Shown: piece by piece, positions 39,162 to 50,900 of the stretch
Layout: each line of letters opens with the position of its first letter
Position numbering within the stretch: the first letter of the stretch is position 1
Assembly: GCF_000181795.1 (NCBI RefSeq)
Contig: NW_003526945.1
Location: 3,892,108-3,956,107, forward strand
Origin: Trichinella spiralis
Lineage: Eukaryota
DNA: 64,000 nucleotides
Direction: 5' to 3'
Notes under the pieces: model-generated
What the model saw: only the letters and a program-made list of their open reading frames with translations
Database searches by the model: none
Told to the model about the DNA's origin: nothing
Position numbers and translations under genes: made by a program

Positions 39162-41234
39162 TTAGCATTCATTTAATAAAGCAGTCAACTCTTGTACGAC
39201 GGTTTCCAGTTCTCCTCGCTCAGCTGGATTAATCGAGTTCAAGCGAAGAATTATCGTTTGAATTTCAAGTGGGATCTCTGGCAACATTTCCAGTGTGTTT
39301 CCATTCATTAAATATGAACAAAATTCTGCAGTATTTTCGAAGTTGGCCTGGTCATGTGGATTAAGTGCGTTGGTGAAGATTTCCCACATCAGAACGCCGA
39401 ACATCCACAAATCTGATTCAAATGACCACAAACATTCACGCAACGATTCAGGAGCGCTCCAGCGAAGAGAAATGTAAGGCATATCTTCCTCTTCTTCCGT
39501 TATTTCTTTGCACAAATTGAAATCAGACAGCTTTGCGATGATTTTATGAGTGCTTTTGAACACCAAGCAATTTCTTGCGGCAATATCACGATGGATCAAG
39601 TCTAAAAAAATAATAAATCTTGAAATAATCTATTGCTTCTTGCAATTAATTGTAATTGTAATTGATAATTTTGCATTCGAATGCTGATTATAATTAAAAA
39701 TACGTGATAAATAATAAGTAAAAGAAAACATTTTCAAGTACTTTTTCTTTTCAAATACTGCAAAGCAGACGCTATTTGCAAGCAGAACTTGAATTTACGC
39801 TTGATTTTTATCGAATAATCGTTTAGATAATGGAGAAGACTTCCTCCATTAGCATACTCCATTACCATCATTGGAATCTCCGTGAACACTGTTATACCAA
39901 ACGGCTTGATAATGTACGGGCAATCGAGCTGTTGTAATAAACGGTGTTCTGTATACATCATCCCAACTGTGTCTACCTCTGCTACTTCCTTTGGGCATTT
40001 TGCTGCAGCTTCGATGTATTTTCCGTTGTCAACATGAAGTGCAAACGTTACATTCGAAAAACATCCCTTAAACAGGTGCGTTGTTTTATTTTAACTGCTG
40101 AACGTTAACTATGAGATATTGTATTGCATTTACCGTTCCAATAATGTTCTTCATAATTATCACATTTTCAGTTTTGATTTGCCAATCACAAAGATTTGCC
40201 GGAGCAATCAGCCGAAAGTTTATACTGTCATCAATGAACTGTCCGCTTTGCACATGATGTTCAATTATATGTGAAACGGTCTCGAACATCCTGTTCGCTG
40301 TGTAGCATTTCTAAATTAAAAATGTAAATTTCACAAAGTGATTGAGCATGAAAATGATAATAACTGTATGTGTGAAAATTTAAAATCGGTTAAAACAATG
40401 CTCCTTGTAATGTGCTTTGAAATAGTTGAAATGGTGAAATTGTTAGGCTAAATTATTCATAGCTGACACTTACTCCCGTTACGCCTACTTCCAACGTATG
40501 ATGGATAACGTCTGCATAGTGCTTGACGGACAGTACAACCGGATTCAGAAAACCGCACTCATTTGTAACGTGAACCAAGAAGTAACCGCTCGGTTGGTAT
40601 TTCAGTATTTCAGTTGCATCCTTGAGTGGCAGGTAACCATGATAAAACCTTTCATTCATCAAAACTTTTTGATAATATTCCTGCAATTTGAAAAAATTTA
40701 CTTTATTATTAATATCTAATTTATTCATTCTTTTATAATACAATAATAATAGTAATAGTAATTTAATTTAATTATATCATCGTAGTCAACAGTAATTTAA
40801 AAAATTTTATTTAAAATATATTTCACATATTTAGCAAATTTTAATTATATTTTTTGTAAACTTACCCTGATTGGGTTCGGCTTCGTTCTGTACAGTGTTG
40901 AATTTGAACATCTACGTACTGTTACTTCCTCCACTTCTATTTTGGACAATTGGCTCTTAAAAAATGAGCAAATGTACATTTGGATACTTATTTACTTTAT
41001 AAATGACTGATGCATTTTTCTGGTGAACATGCTGTTTATACAACTGATTTATGAAATTTTGAATTTGTTGTTCTGATTGTTTTCCGTACATACCGTTTCT
41101 GTTGACATTGTCATGTCCTCGCTGGATTCGTTGGAATGATTTTCAGCTTCGTAGCTCGTTTTTTTGACTCCTTTATTATCCTTTACTGTATCTGCAACGA
41201 ACGTGCTCTTTTTTCTTGTTGTTCTTTCGGTCAT
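39162..41234 (-). CDS. SH2 + tyrosine kinase-domain protein, copy 3 (most divergent in its 5' half)
   Basis: Same exon structure, reading frame intact. SH2 FYHGYLPLKDATEILKYQPSGYFLVH; kinase NIIGT|GCFSNV, AAAK, HRDIAARNC, LSDFNLCK, SLRWSAPE. Confidence 0.88.
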
Positions 41235-42312
41235 TTATGGTTGACAAGCAAAGCAAGCTGAAAAAGTTATATGTCATTAGCAAAATCAGTGAAATATTAC
41301 ACTGCGATTAAACAGTATTAAAGCATCAGCGCTTACCGAAGACAACCGTCGAGGAGGAAAGCGGGCTTAACAAATGAGTGCAATTTCTTTGCTAGCTATT
41401 TATATGAACATTTAATGCTACGTGTCCTTAAGTTTAAATTTTAATGTTTTGCCTTTTAATGTTATTTTATTTAGAGTGAACGAAGTGATGTTCAGGAATG
41501 CTTAAACGAAGAAAAATCGAATATGGTTTCCATTCGATAATAGAAGATTGCAAAAGTAATAATAAGTAGCATTAATTAAAATGTTCTTTTTTCATGAATC
41601 TTTCTTTAGACAGAGTTTTACAAGAAATAACGATGTAATTTGATTTTGTACTTCATGTTTTACTTTACGTTAAAATTTCACGGGTGTAATGTCGTAATTT
41701 TTGTCGAACTTTCTATAGGCCGAATTCATAACAAAACTGTTTGCTACTTTTGTCATATTTATCTGAGAAAATGTTTTTTATGAATTCTTTTTTTATATTG
41801 AAACATTGAAATTTTTCATAGAAAAAACCGATTCCAGGCAGAACTGTATTTTCCGCTTGTATGCGGTTGGTCAGATTGGAGATATCTATTTAAAATTACT
41901 TCAACATTATACGCCCCATTAGCATTTTGTATTTTCTGCGCAGGTTAATTTAATTTTACGTTTCGCAGCAGCTTCACAGATATGCAATATATTATGAAAA
42001 CGTCAGGGCAGCCCACCGATAAAACATCAACACATTCAGTCCCTAGGCTTCTTCTGCATTGTTATGAACGGTCAGAATAATGTTGAATGAAAAATATTTT
42101 AAAGATTAATTATATCATGATATAATCAAAGCAGTTTATTTTATTTTATTTTATTTCATTTATCAATGATTTTCAGTCAATCAGTAAATAACCGTTCCCA
42201 TTTCACATAAGTATGCTTGATTTTTCTTTATATACTGTAATTTTTATTATTTTCTTTCTGTTAAAAATTGGTCGTTCGATATTTCTCTACTGCTGTAGAA
42301 AAGTGGTCTGGA

Positions 42313-45300
42313 ATGGATCTTACGAAAAATTTAGCGAGTTTGACTTTAGGTAACAGTCGTTTTTAAGTTATTTGAGTGGGTTTGCTGTGTTTTGCTTAAT
42401 CTGAAGGAAAAGCTGTTGTTTATTATTGTTTGACTAAACTTTAATGATGCATTTTGAATGTTTTTTTTTCAGTTTTTAATAATTCTTTATCTGTTGATTA
42501 ATTTATTTTGTAATTTCGTTTTATTTTAAAGTTGAACTTGATTTCTAATTCTCATTGAACTTTTTACATCTTCTATTGTATGTACATCTAGATTCCGAGA
42601 AGTCCATTTCTTCTTTTGGTGATCAAAAAGCGGTAATTATGTTTTTAACTGAAAAACAGTAATGAAAGGTTGATTCTTTTAATGAATCAATGATTTTAGA
42701 TGGATGATTCTGATGTCGTGTGCGCTCATGATGGTGTTAGTAATTGCTGATTATGATAAGTGTTGAACCTTACAGTGTAATGTTTTTTCAATTTCAGGAG
42801 GAAAAGGATGAAAATGTAACATCCGGTGACGCGAGAGATTTCTCTGGTTAGCATATTTGGAAATTTCTGAAATCTAATATATAATAATGAGAATTTAATT
42901 AATTCTCTTCAGAAGATGTTGAAGAGTCGAAGCTGAACAAAAACATGCGACAGGCGTTGGAAATTCATGAGCGAAATACTGATGAAAATAAGTATTTATG
43001 TTTTTTTTTATAATTAAGCCATTTTAATTATAATTTTATAACTGACGTGCAAATTTTATAACTTAGTTGTAGTAACTTTGTTTTGTTGTATATTTTTAAT
43101 TGAAGCAAAATGTTTACCGAGCTTGTATTGCATGAAAAAACAGCTTTATCTAGTTTTAGTCAATGACTGCTAATGCTATTTTATTTGAATGAATTTTTAA
43201 AATATTAATCTTATTCATTGAATTCAGTTTCACATCTCATTTACGGTATTGTTTGGTATTGGAAATATTTTAATATGAGTTGATTAATTGTGCAAATGAA
43301 TGATGAATATTTGAACAGTTACTTGTTTTAATGTCTAAGTTAAACTGTTTTTTAGAAATACTATATTTTAATGTTTTAATATTAGAAATTTTTTTAAAGT
43401 CAGTTATTCTTATTTTAAACTGTTTTTTAGAAGCATTTGTATTATGTTATATTTTAATTATTTTTCCGTTGTATGAAAATATTCCCAAAATAAAATGAAA
43501 ATGGCCGAATTGAGTTTTTTGTTTCGGCAAGCAGAATGATAAATAACATTCGAACAGCATACTGTAATATGTAATGTAGGATAATTAGGTTGTATTATTT
43601 TGTTTTGATTTGAGAATGGAATTTGTACGACATTGATATTTTTTACTACAGGAATTTGTACAATATTGATATTTTTAAATTTTATGAATTTTTTGTTTTG
43701 TTAGGCATCGTATTCGAGACAAGCAGGATCGTGCCACGGCGGAATTAGCACTTGATTTACGCACCCGTATGAATATATTCAAATTGATACAGCGTGGTTA
43801 TATCACTGCAGTTCACGGATGCATTAGCACTGGTAAGGAAGCCAATGTTTATCGTGCGTCCAGTAAACGTGGGGATGTGGCCGTTAAAGTAAGCATATTA
43901 GCTGTTTTGATGTTTGCTTGAAGTTAGGTTTTTTAAGGTGTATCGAACAAGTGTGATGACTTTCAAAGATCGTGACAGATATATATCTTCAGAATTTCGG
44001 TATGAGTTTTTTTGGGCTGTACAATATGACATTATTTATTTAGTTATCGCCGTGGTTATTGTCGTAAAAATCCTCGTAAAAAAATAAAAGTATGGGCAGA
44101 GAAGGAATACAGAAATTTGAAGCGAATCGACAAAGTGGATATTGCGTGTCCGGCACCGTTGGCTCAGTTGGAAAATGTTGTGTTGATGAAATTTCTTGGA
44201 GAGAAGGAGTTAGAATTTGATAAATTTATTTACAATATAACTGACATTTTTGATTTTGTTAGGAAGCCGTCTCCGTTGCTTAAAGATGTCAAACTTTCTG
44301 CAATGGAGTGGGATTATCATTATCAAGAAATTTGCATGACACTGCGCTCTTTGTTTAACAAGTGTAAATTGGTGCACGCTGATCTGAGCGAGTACAACAT
44401 CATGTAATGTGATTTTTGAGAATTGGTTTATTGAATGATAATGGATATACATTTTGCAGCTTTCATAACATGCAGCTGTTCATCATTGATGTAGCACAAG
44501 CTGTGGAGCATGACGATAGTTATGCGTTGGAATTTTTGCGAAGAGATTGCAAACAGTTGAACAGTAACTGAACGTCGAATATAATTTTTTTGGTATATTT
44601 TAGTAATTTTTTGAATGTAATTATAGAATTTTTTTCCAAACGCGGTGTCACAGTTTTGACCGTGAAAGAGCTATTTCAATTTGTAACTGATCCAATTGTT
44701 AAAGAGGATGAAGCTTACTTTAAATTCCTCGAATTGTTGGAATTTCGTCAAAAGCAGAACTCTTTGTCCGATAAGGATGCCGCTAAGGAAGCTGTGGATG
44801 AAGAAGTTTGAATTTGTTTTTCTAAACTATATACAACAGTGTAATGCATTGAATTTAGGTTTTCAATTTGGTGCACATTGAACAAAAATTGTCTGAGGTT
44901 CTTACTTTTGAAAAAGATTACGAATCAGTTCAAGCGGGAGAGCAATTGGATGTACATGATATTATTATTATTGGAGAAAAACGTTTTAATCTTGAATTTA
45001 ATTTTTCAAAAATTCTTTCAGGTATTTTATCCAGTAGTTACAGGAATGAAAGATGATTTGACTGGCGCAAAAGTATCGGAAAATTCATCGTCTGATTTGA
45101 GTGATGAATGGGTTGTTGTTGGAGGAGAAGAAGCAGCGGCGTCGAAGAAGGCTAGCTCGGCTACGGAATGTTTCGGAAAAGGTCCATCTGTATCGTTGAA
45201 TCTTCGTCAACGGGATGAATCTCCCAACACCAAGAAGGTGAGAATTTGTTCAAGTAATCGATTGCGAAATATTATTATAAGTTTATGATTTTCAGGCACG

Positions 45301-45406
45301 AAAAAAGTTGGTTAAGTTTGAACAACGCCAGAAGCGTCAGGAAAAGTTGAGAAAGTACTATAAGAAGCGAAAGCAAACGCTGAGCAAGTTGGCAAAACGA
45401 AAGTAA
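42313..45406 (+). CDS. riok-1: RIO1 atypical Ser/Thr kinase (40S ribosome maturation factor), multi-exon
   Basis: DKQDRATAELALDLRTR, GCISTGKEANVYRA (RIO1 STGKEA loop), K|VYRTSVMTFKDRDRYISSEFR|YRRGYCRKNPRKKIKVWAEKEYRNLKR, LVHADLSEYN, IIDVAQAVEHD..ALEFLRRDC, RQRDESPNTKK|ARKKLVK and a basic C-terminal tail. Stop at 45404-45406. The short 5' exons (42313-42991) are less certain. Confidence 0.92.
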
Positions 45407-45562
45407 AATTTCTTGAAGTCGAAATTATTTCTAAATGAGGTGAAAAGAAGCTTGGAATTAAACCTTGATGAAAATGTATGGTTTTTTTACTGAATTGTTT
45501 GTTTGTGTTCAGTATCCAGTTTTGTAGCTTGTTTAGGGGAGGGAGGAGGGTGATATAAGTGA

Positions 45563-45593
<31 letters not shown>

Positions 45594-46072
45594 TATTTAT
45601 TAGTGATGTAGCTCTGAAATGATGTTTTTGTTGAAGTATTTGCATCATAACTGCAATGCAGGTGGCGAAGCGTTTATATTTGTTTAGGGTAACTGTTAAG
45701 CAAAGTTTTATGCTGATCAGAAAGCAAAATATACGAACGGATACTTTTGCGATTGAATAGAAAAGCACTTGTGCTTTGTAAGAGCGTGAATGAAATCAGC
45801 ACAATGCATTCGCTTGAAAGCGCGTTGCATTTTTCTCATTTAAACAAACAATACAAGATGGGGACAAGCTTGTTGTCTCCAGACAGGCCAGGCAACTGCA
45901 GTTGAGAAAATTTTTCCGTCGAAAGCTGGTTCATAAAAGCCGCAAAAAGAATTTATTTCAGTGCGGATTTTTTTTTCAAAAGTTTGTTCTAAGCTGAACG
46001 CTGAACAAATATGCGAATGCTTTGTTCAAGGGGTTGTTGTTTCTGAAACGAAATTGATCATCCTCTGCGGGC

Positions 46073-46101
46073 TATATACATATATATATATATATATATA
46101 T
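46073..46101. repeat. (TA)n microsatellite, intergenic
   Basis: tatatacatatatatatatatatatatat is visible directly. Confidence 0.85.
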
Positions 46102-47928
46102 GCTTTGCAGAATTTTTGCTAAACTTTAATTTTTTATGACTCAGTGCATTTAAAACGTTTGCATGGAATTTCTGAAGCATCTGGAAGAAGAAAATAAAAT
46201 GCGGAACAATGAAACTACGCTTTGAAACGAAAATATTAAAAAAAAATACATCTTACTGGCACATCGGTGATGGAATTTCATTTTATTTTCAGTTTTGAAC
46301 ACTATGAACTTTGAAAAAGTGCTATCTGATTGCAGCTTCCGCGTTTTACTGAATAATAATAATGATAATAATGGTCTAAAGCTGTGCATGGTTTTTTATG
46401 TTGTGAAAAAAAAATACTTTTGCAATTGTTCTGTTGGCCTATTGAATAAGTATCAATTTCCCTTTGTTGTTGAATCGAATGGTACGGTGCTATAGCTTTG
46501 CTTTTAACGATGGGTTTTTACTTGTTCAATTTTGAACTTTAAAGTGGAAAATGATTGAACAGATGACCAAGCCCAACAATATCACGCGATTTCGTAAATT
46601 ACAAACAGACAAGCAACAGGTCAAGGAAGCGATCAATTTGTGTTTAATTATTAAATTTATTTATAGCTCATCGGCTGAGGATGATCATTTGATCGCATTT
46701 TAATTTAAAGGTGGAACAAAGTGTTGTCTTATCTTATTTTTCTATTCAAATACGCCGTCCTTTGCCTCGTTCGAAAAAGCTCATTTGTAAAATTGACTTG
46801 CTGAAAGCAGAAATCCGGCCATGGCCGACAACCTTTCTCTGATTCATCGCATCGCAACCTTCGGGCAACTGCATCACTTCACATTTGCGATCATTTATTC
46901 TCTTCTGCTTTTCTTTTTTGATTATGAAACGCTAATTTTCAAACATTCAGTTCCACTTGACAGGCAGTGCAGAAATTTATTTTCTCGCTGATGCGGTCTG
47001 CGTTTGCAGACATTCAATTAATTCGCTGCTCAATGAACCGTTTGTTGATAAGTACTGATTGGACCTTTTTGAATCAGGGCACATAATGCTGCAATCTTGA
47101 GTTGCAAATTGAAACAAAACTTTCCACCCAAGTCAGATGAAAAACCACGATTAATGAATGAATGAATGCTTAAAGGAACCTGTAAAAATTCAATTCTGAT
47201 TTCTGAAATATTCAACTAACATGTATGCAATCAATATTATATGGTTACAAGTGAAAATTATAATACCATTCAACCAATACAAAGCATAAACATTTTTTGT
47301 TTTCATTTAAATCAAATTTCACTAGTTATACATATATATATATTTGCCTATTTATATTAATAATAAATATTTTCACATTTTTATTCATCATACATTCAAT
47401 ATTTATTTGAAAACAAAATAAGTTTAATGAAAAAGTATCAAAATGTGAAAGATAAAGCACTGCAGCTCATATGTCATAATAAATTAGTGTAAAATAGAGT
47501 TGATGTAGTAAATTGAAATTCAAAACAATAATGTTGATATTCTTTTTACTTTGAGTTTGATGTTGAAGTACTGAACCGCTGCTTAAACTGTGAATCGGAA
47601 ATCCGGGTTTGAAATGCTCTCATGTTGAATGAGCGTAAATATGTTATATTGATAGAATTTTAAAATCACAAATTATACTTATGCATGTAGATTACGGAAA
47701 TTTACTTTCAAATAAATTCATCGTCAATCCAACGTAGAAGAGTGCAGTTTGCGGAATACGGTAATTTGCATGTTCTTGATCATCATACAGTAATACCGCT
47801 GGTAGGTGAATTGACGAATAGCGCTCGATTGGGCATCATCATCACCAGTTTCGAAACAACTCAAAGTTGCTCTGGCTTCAAGTACTCGTCGAGCTGTGCC
47901 ATACACTGTGAAATCGTTGAGCAACAGC

Positions 47929-50900
47929 ATGACCGGCAAGCTCTGGGCAGCCCTACTTATAATCACATTCAACTTCTTTACAAGTGCAGTCGATTTATCA
48001 CTAACGGACTTTTCCGACGGGGATTGGGCATCTGATGATTATTACGTCGCCGAATTCAGCGGAAGCAAGAACGGTAAGCCAGTGTTTTGCTAAACTTTGA
48101 AAGAGACTACAGTGACGGAATGTGAGAAACTTTACTGAAGCTCAAAGTTGTACATTACTTGCGATAAGTTTGTCATTTGTCACTTTCCTGTAATTTAACA
48201 TATATGAGAGAAGATGGAGAAGAAGAAACAATTTCTTTTTATAAAAAAAAAATTCCTTAAATATTTTAATGATCCAGAAATGAAAATCGAGTATTTTAGG
48301 CCGTGGTCTTTTTCCGAATATATTCAATTTGGCCACGAATGCGATCATTACGGCCAACGCTACTTGCGGTGAGTCGGGTCCGGAAAATTATTGCAAACTG
48401 GTCGAGCATGTCTTCATGAGGTATAAGAAGGAGAAAATAAAAGGAATGGTTCGAATGTCTGGAGTAGTTTAATTTATTTTTTTACTGTTCATCTTCAGAT
48501 CTCCTCAGTGTGATGTTTGTGACAATAACAATCCGTCTAAACGACATCCGATTGAATTTGCCAACGATGGTACCAACCGATATTGGCAGAGTCCGACCAT
48601 CGCCACTGGTCTACAGTACGAGTGGGTAACGATCACTCTCGACCTCCGTCAGGTGAGATTGAGTGGCTCTCAGTTGCTTTCTTTCAATTCGGTCGCTTGC
48701 TTTTTCCCCTCACCGACGGCGTTTCTCTCTTAGCTTTTCTGTTTGCCAAATTGTTCTCCGCGTCCGCAAGCGACGGTGTCCCGTTGCGTGCGTTTGTTTT
48801 CCCAAGTCAAGGCTAGTTAGTGAGTGTGTGTGGTGGTCAAGATGACCAGGGTCAGCGGATTCTAAGCTGCACTGTTATTCTTTTACTTTTCTTTATTGAA
48901 AGTTTGTCGGCGCTGTGGAAGACAAAAACTACAACAACCAGAAGGCCAAAGGGTCGACATTTCGACCCTGGCTAGCTGTGAATAGCAGCGGGGCAGTTTA
49001 GCACGTCGTTTTGGTCAATTTCTCACTATCCCAACGGTGCCGCTTATTTTAGTTGTTTCTTTTAACCAAACCAGCATCACTAAGCAACAGTGTAAAATCG
49101 GTTTAAGAATGTAATGATGTTGGAATGTGCCAACGATCAACGAACGTTGTCCAGTTTGTTGGGCGTTGAACTGGATTGTGTCAATTTTGGCTGGTCAGCC
49201 GCAGGCTAGACGAAACGACAGCTTAATTGCATGACCAGTGAATGTTGTTATTTGTTATTTTCCACTTATCAATTGGCGAATATGAATTATTCAAATTTCT
49301 GGGGTTAAGGGAAGAGAAATTAGTTGAACGTTAATCGGGTTGAAGTGAACGAAATTTTCCAACTGTGTCTGATAATTGTTGCATAGGACGAAAAGCTGCT
49401 TTCTTCAATTGCTAATGAGAGAAAAAATTTTCATTTGCAAAAAGTTGTCTAGTCACAGTTGCAGATTTTGTTTGCATTTTCAAAGAATGACTCATAGAAT
49501 GTTCAAATGAGATTGATTGAAAATATGCAACAGTGAACTTTTTTCTCATTTCAAATCAAAATATCAATAATTTTCCCTTCTCTTATCACTTGTGCTTTCC
49601 TCATTCAAGCGAATAATTTGAAATTTTCTTGCAACAATTTCCATCATACGGCTTGGGCAGATTTTCAATTACCACAGAAGAAAAGTTTCCATATTTTTCA
49701 AAGCATCTCAAATGCAACTTGTAAATTGCAAATAATATTGCTAAAAATAATTTTCACTTTCATATATATATAAGGTTTACTTAACCAGGCATCAGTATTG
49801 AAAGTTTGTCCTACATACTGAAAATTTTGCTATAAAATAAACAAAAGCAAGACTTTTTTCCTTTTTTATTTTTTTAACATTGAATCATGTGAAAAATGTC
49901 GACTTGTGAAACATGGTCAAGTGGCATTTTCAACGCTGATTGTAGATGCGTTTGGCATTTTTGTAATCTCAACTAATATTCAGCTTATTCTATACACGCT
50001 TACGTCATCGGCTTTATTTGTTCATGCATGCTCTGTTGTTCGACTTGTCGAAATTGTTGCTAATGCCGTTGGCACACAATCATTTACTGTGTTCACACAA
50101 CTTTCCTTCCCCCCCCCCTCTTTGAGAGGGGTTATGTCAACGGATGATGATTCATTGCTTACTTCATTGTTGAATTGGTTTTGCAATTTCACCTCAACGC
50201 TTGACTCGAACTGAAGGGGTGTGGTGGGGGAGGCTGAGTGTCAAAATAACTGTCAATCAGACGAAAAATAAATTTTCAATTGTCTATCAAAATTACCATA
50301 AATTATTGCGATAGTTGTTTCACAATTTACGAAGTATCTCTTTGAAGGTTGCTTCTATTATGTTGGGGGTAAATTTTATCTCGTTTGACATTTCGATGTA
50401 TAATAACTTCGTCGGTGTGTGACAGAGCGACTGCGATTTGCAACATGTTGTAACATAGCTTTTCGTTCGTTGTGATTATTTCAAAATTTTTTCAACCTTT
50501 TACAAATTGCAAATTTAATTTGATATTGTTTAAAAATGAAATGCGATGATTGTCCAGTTTTAGTTTTATAATTTTGATTTTCTCTTTTTTTCTTTCAATA
50601 TCAACACCAGATATTATTTATAATCTAAAGATTAAACGTGGGGAAAAATTATACTTTTGATAAGAATCTATTTTTAGCATTATCAAATTGCGTACGTAAT
50701 TGTCAAAGCGGCAATTGCACCGAGGCCGGGCAATTGGATTTTGGAAAAGTCAATTGATGGGATTGAATGGAAACCTTGGCAGTATTTTGCTTATTCGGAC
50801 GAAGCATGCATGCGCTATTATGGCGTGCCTGCTGCTGCAGTAGTGCCGAAAATAACACGAGACGATGAGGTGCTTTGCACTAGTCAGTTTTCCAAGTTGG

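Larger units (their letters stand above)
30628..41858. repeat. Direct tandem triplication of a ~3.7 kb unit (approx. 30628-34300, 34305-38075, 38080-41858)
   Basis: Shared landmarks recur three times: gccaacttgatttt (~30647, 34327, 38098), gatgatgaaatggaatgtttgtttcatacgtttgtaaatcc (~30978, 34658, 38406) and aaaaaaccgattccagg (~34258, 38029, 41822). Each unit contains one kinase gene with the same six-exon structure. Boundaries are approximate. Confidence 0.95.

Noticed and set aside
30628..41858. The 3.7 kb repeats as transposable elements or LTRs
   Set aside because: No transposase or reverse transcriptase, terminal inverted repeats or target-site duplications are seen. The units contain intron-bearing host kinase genes.
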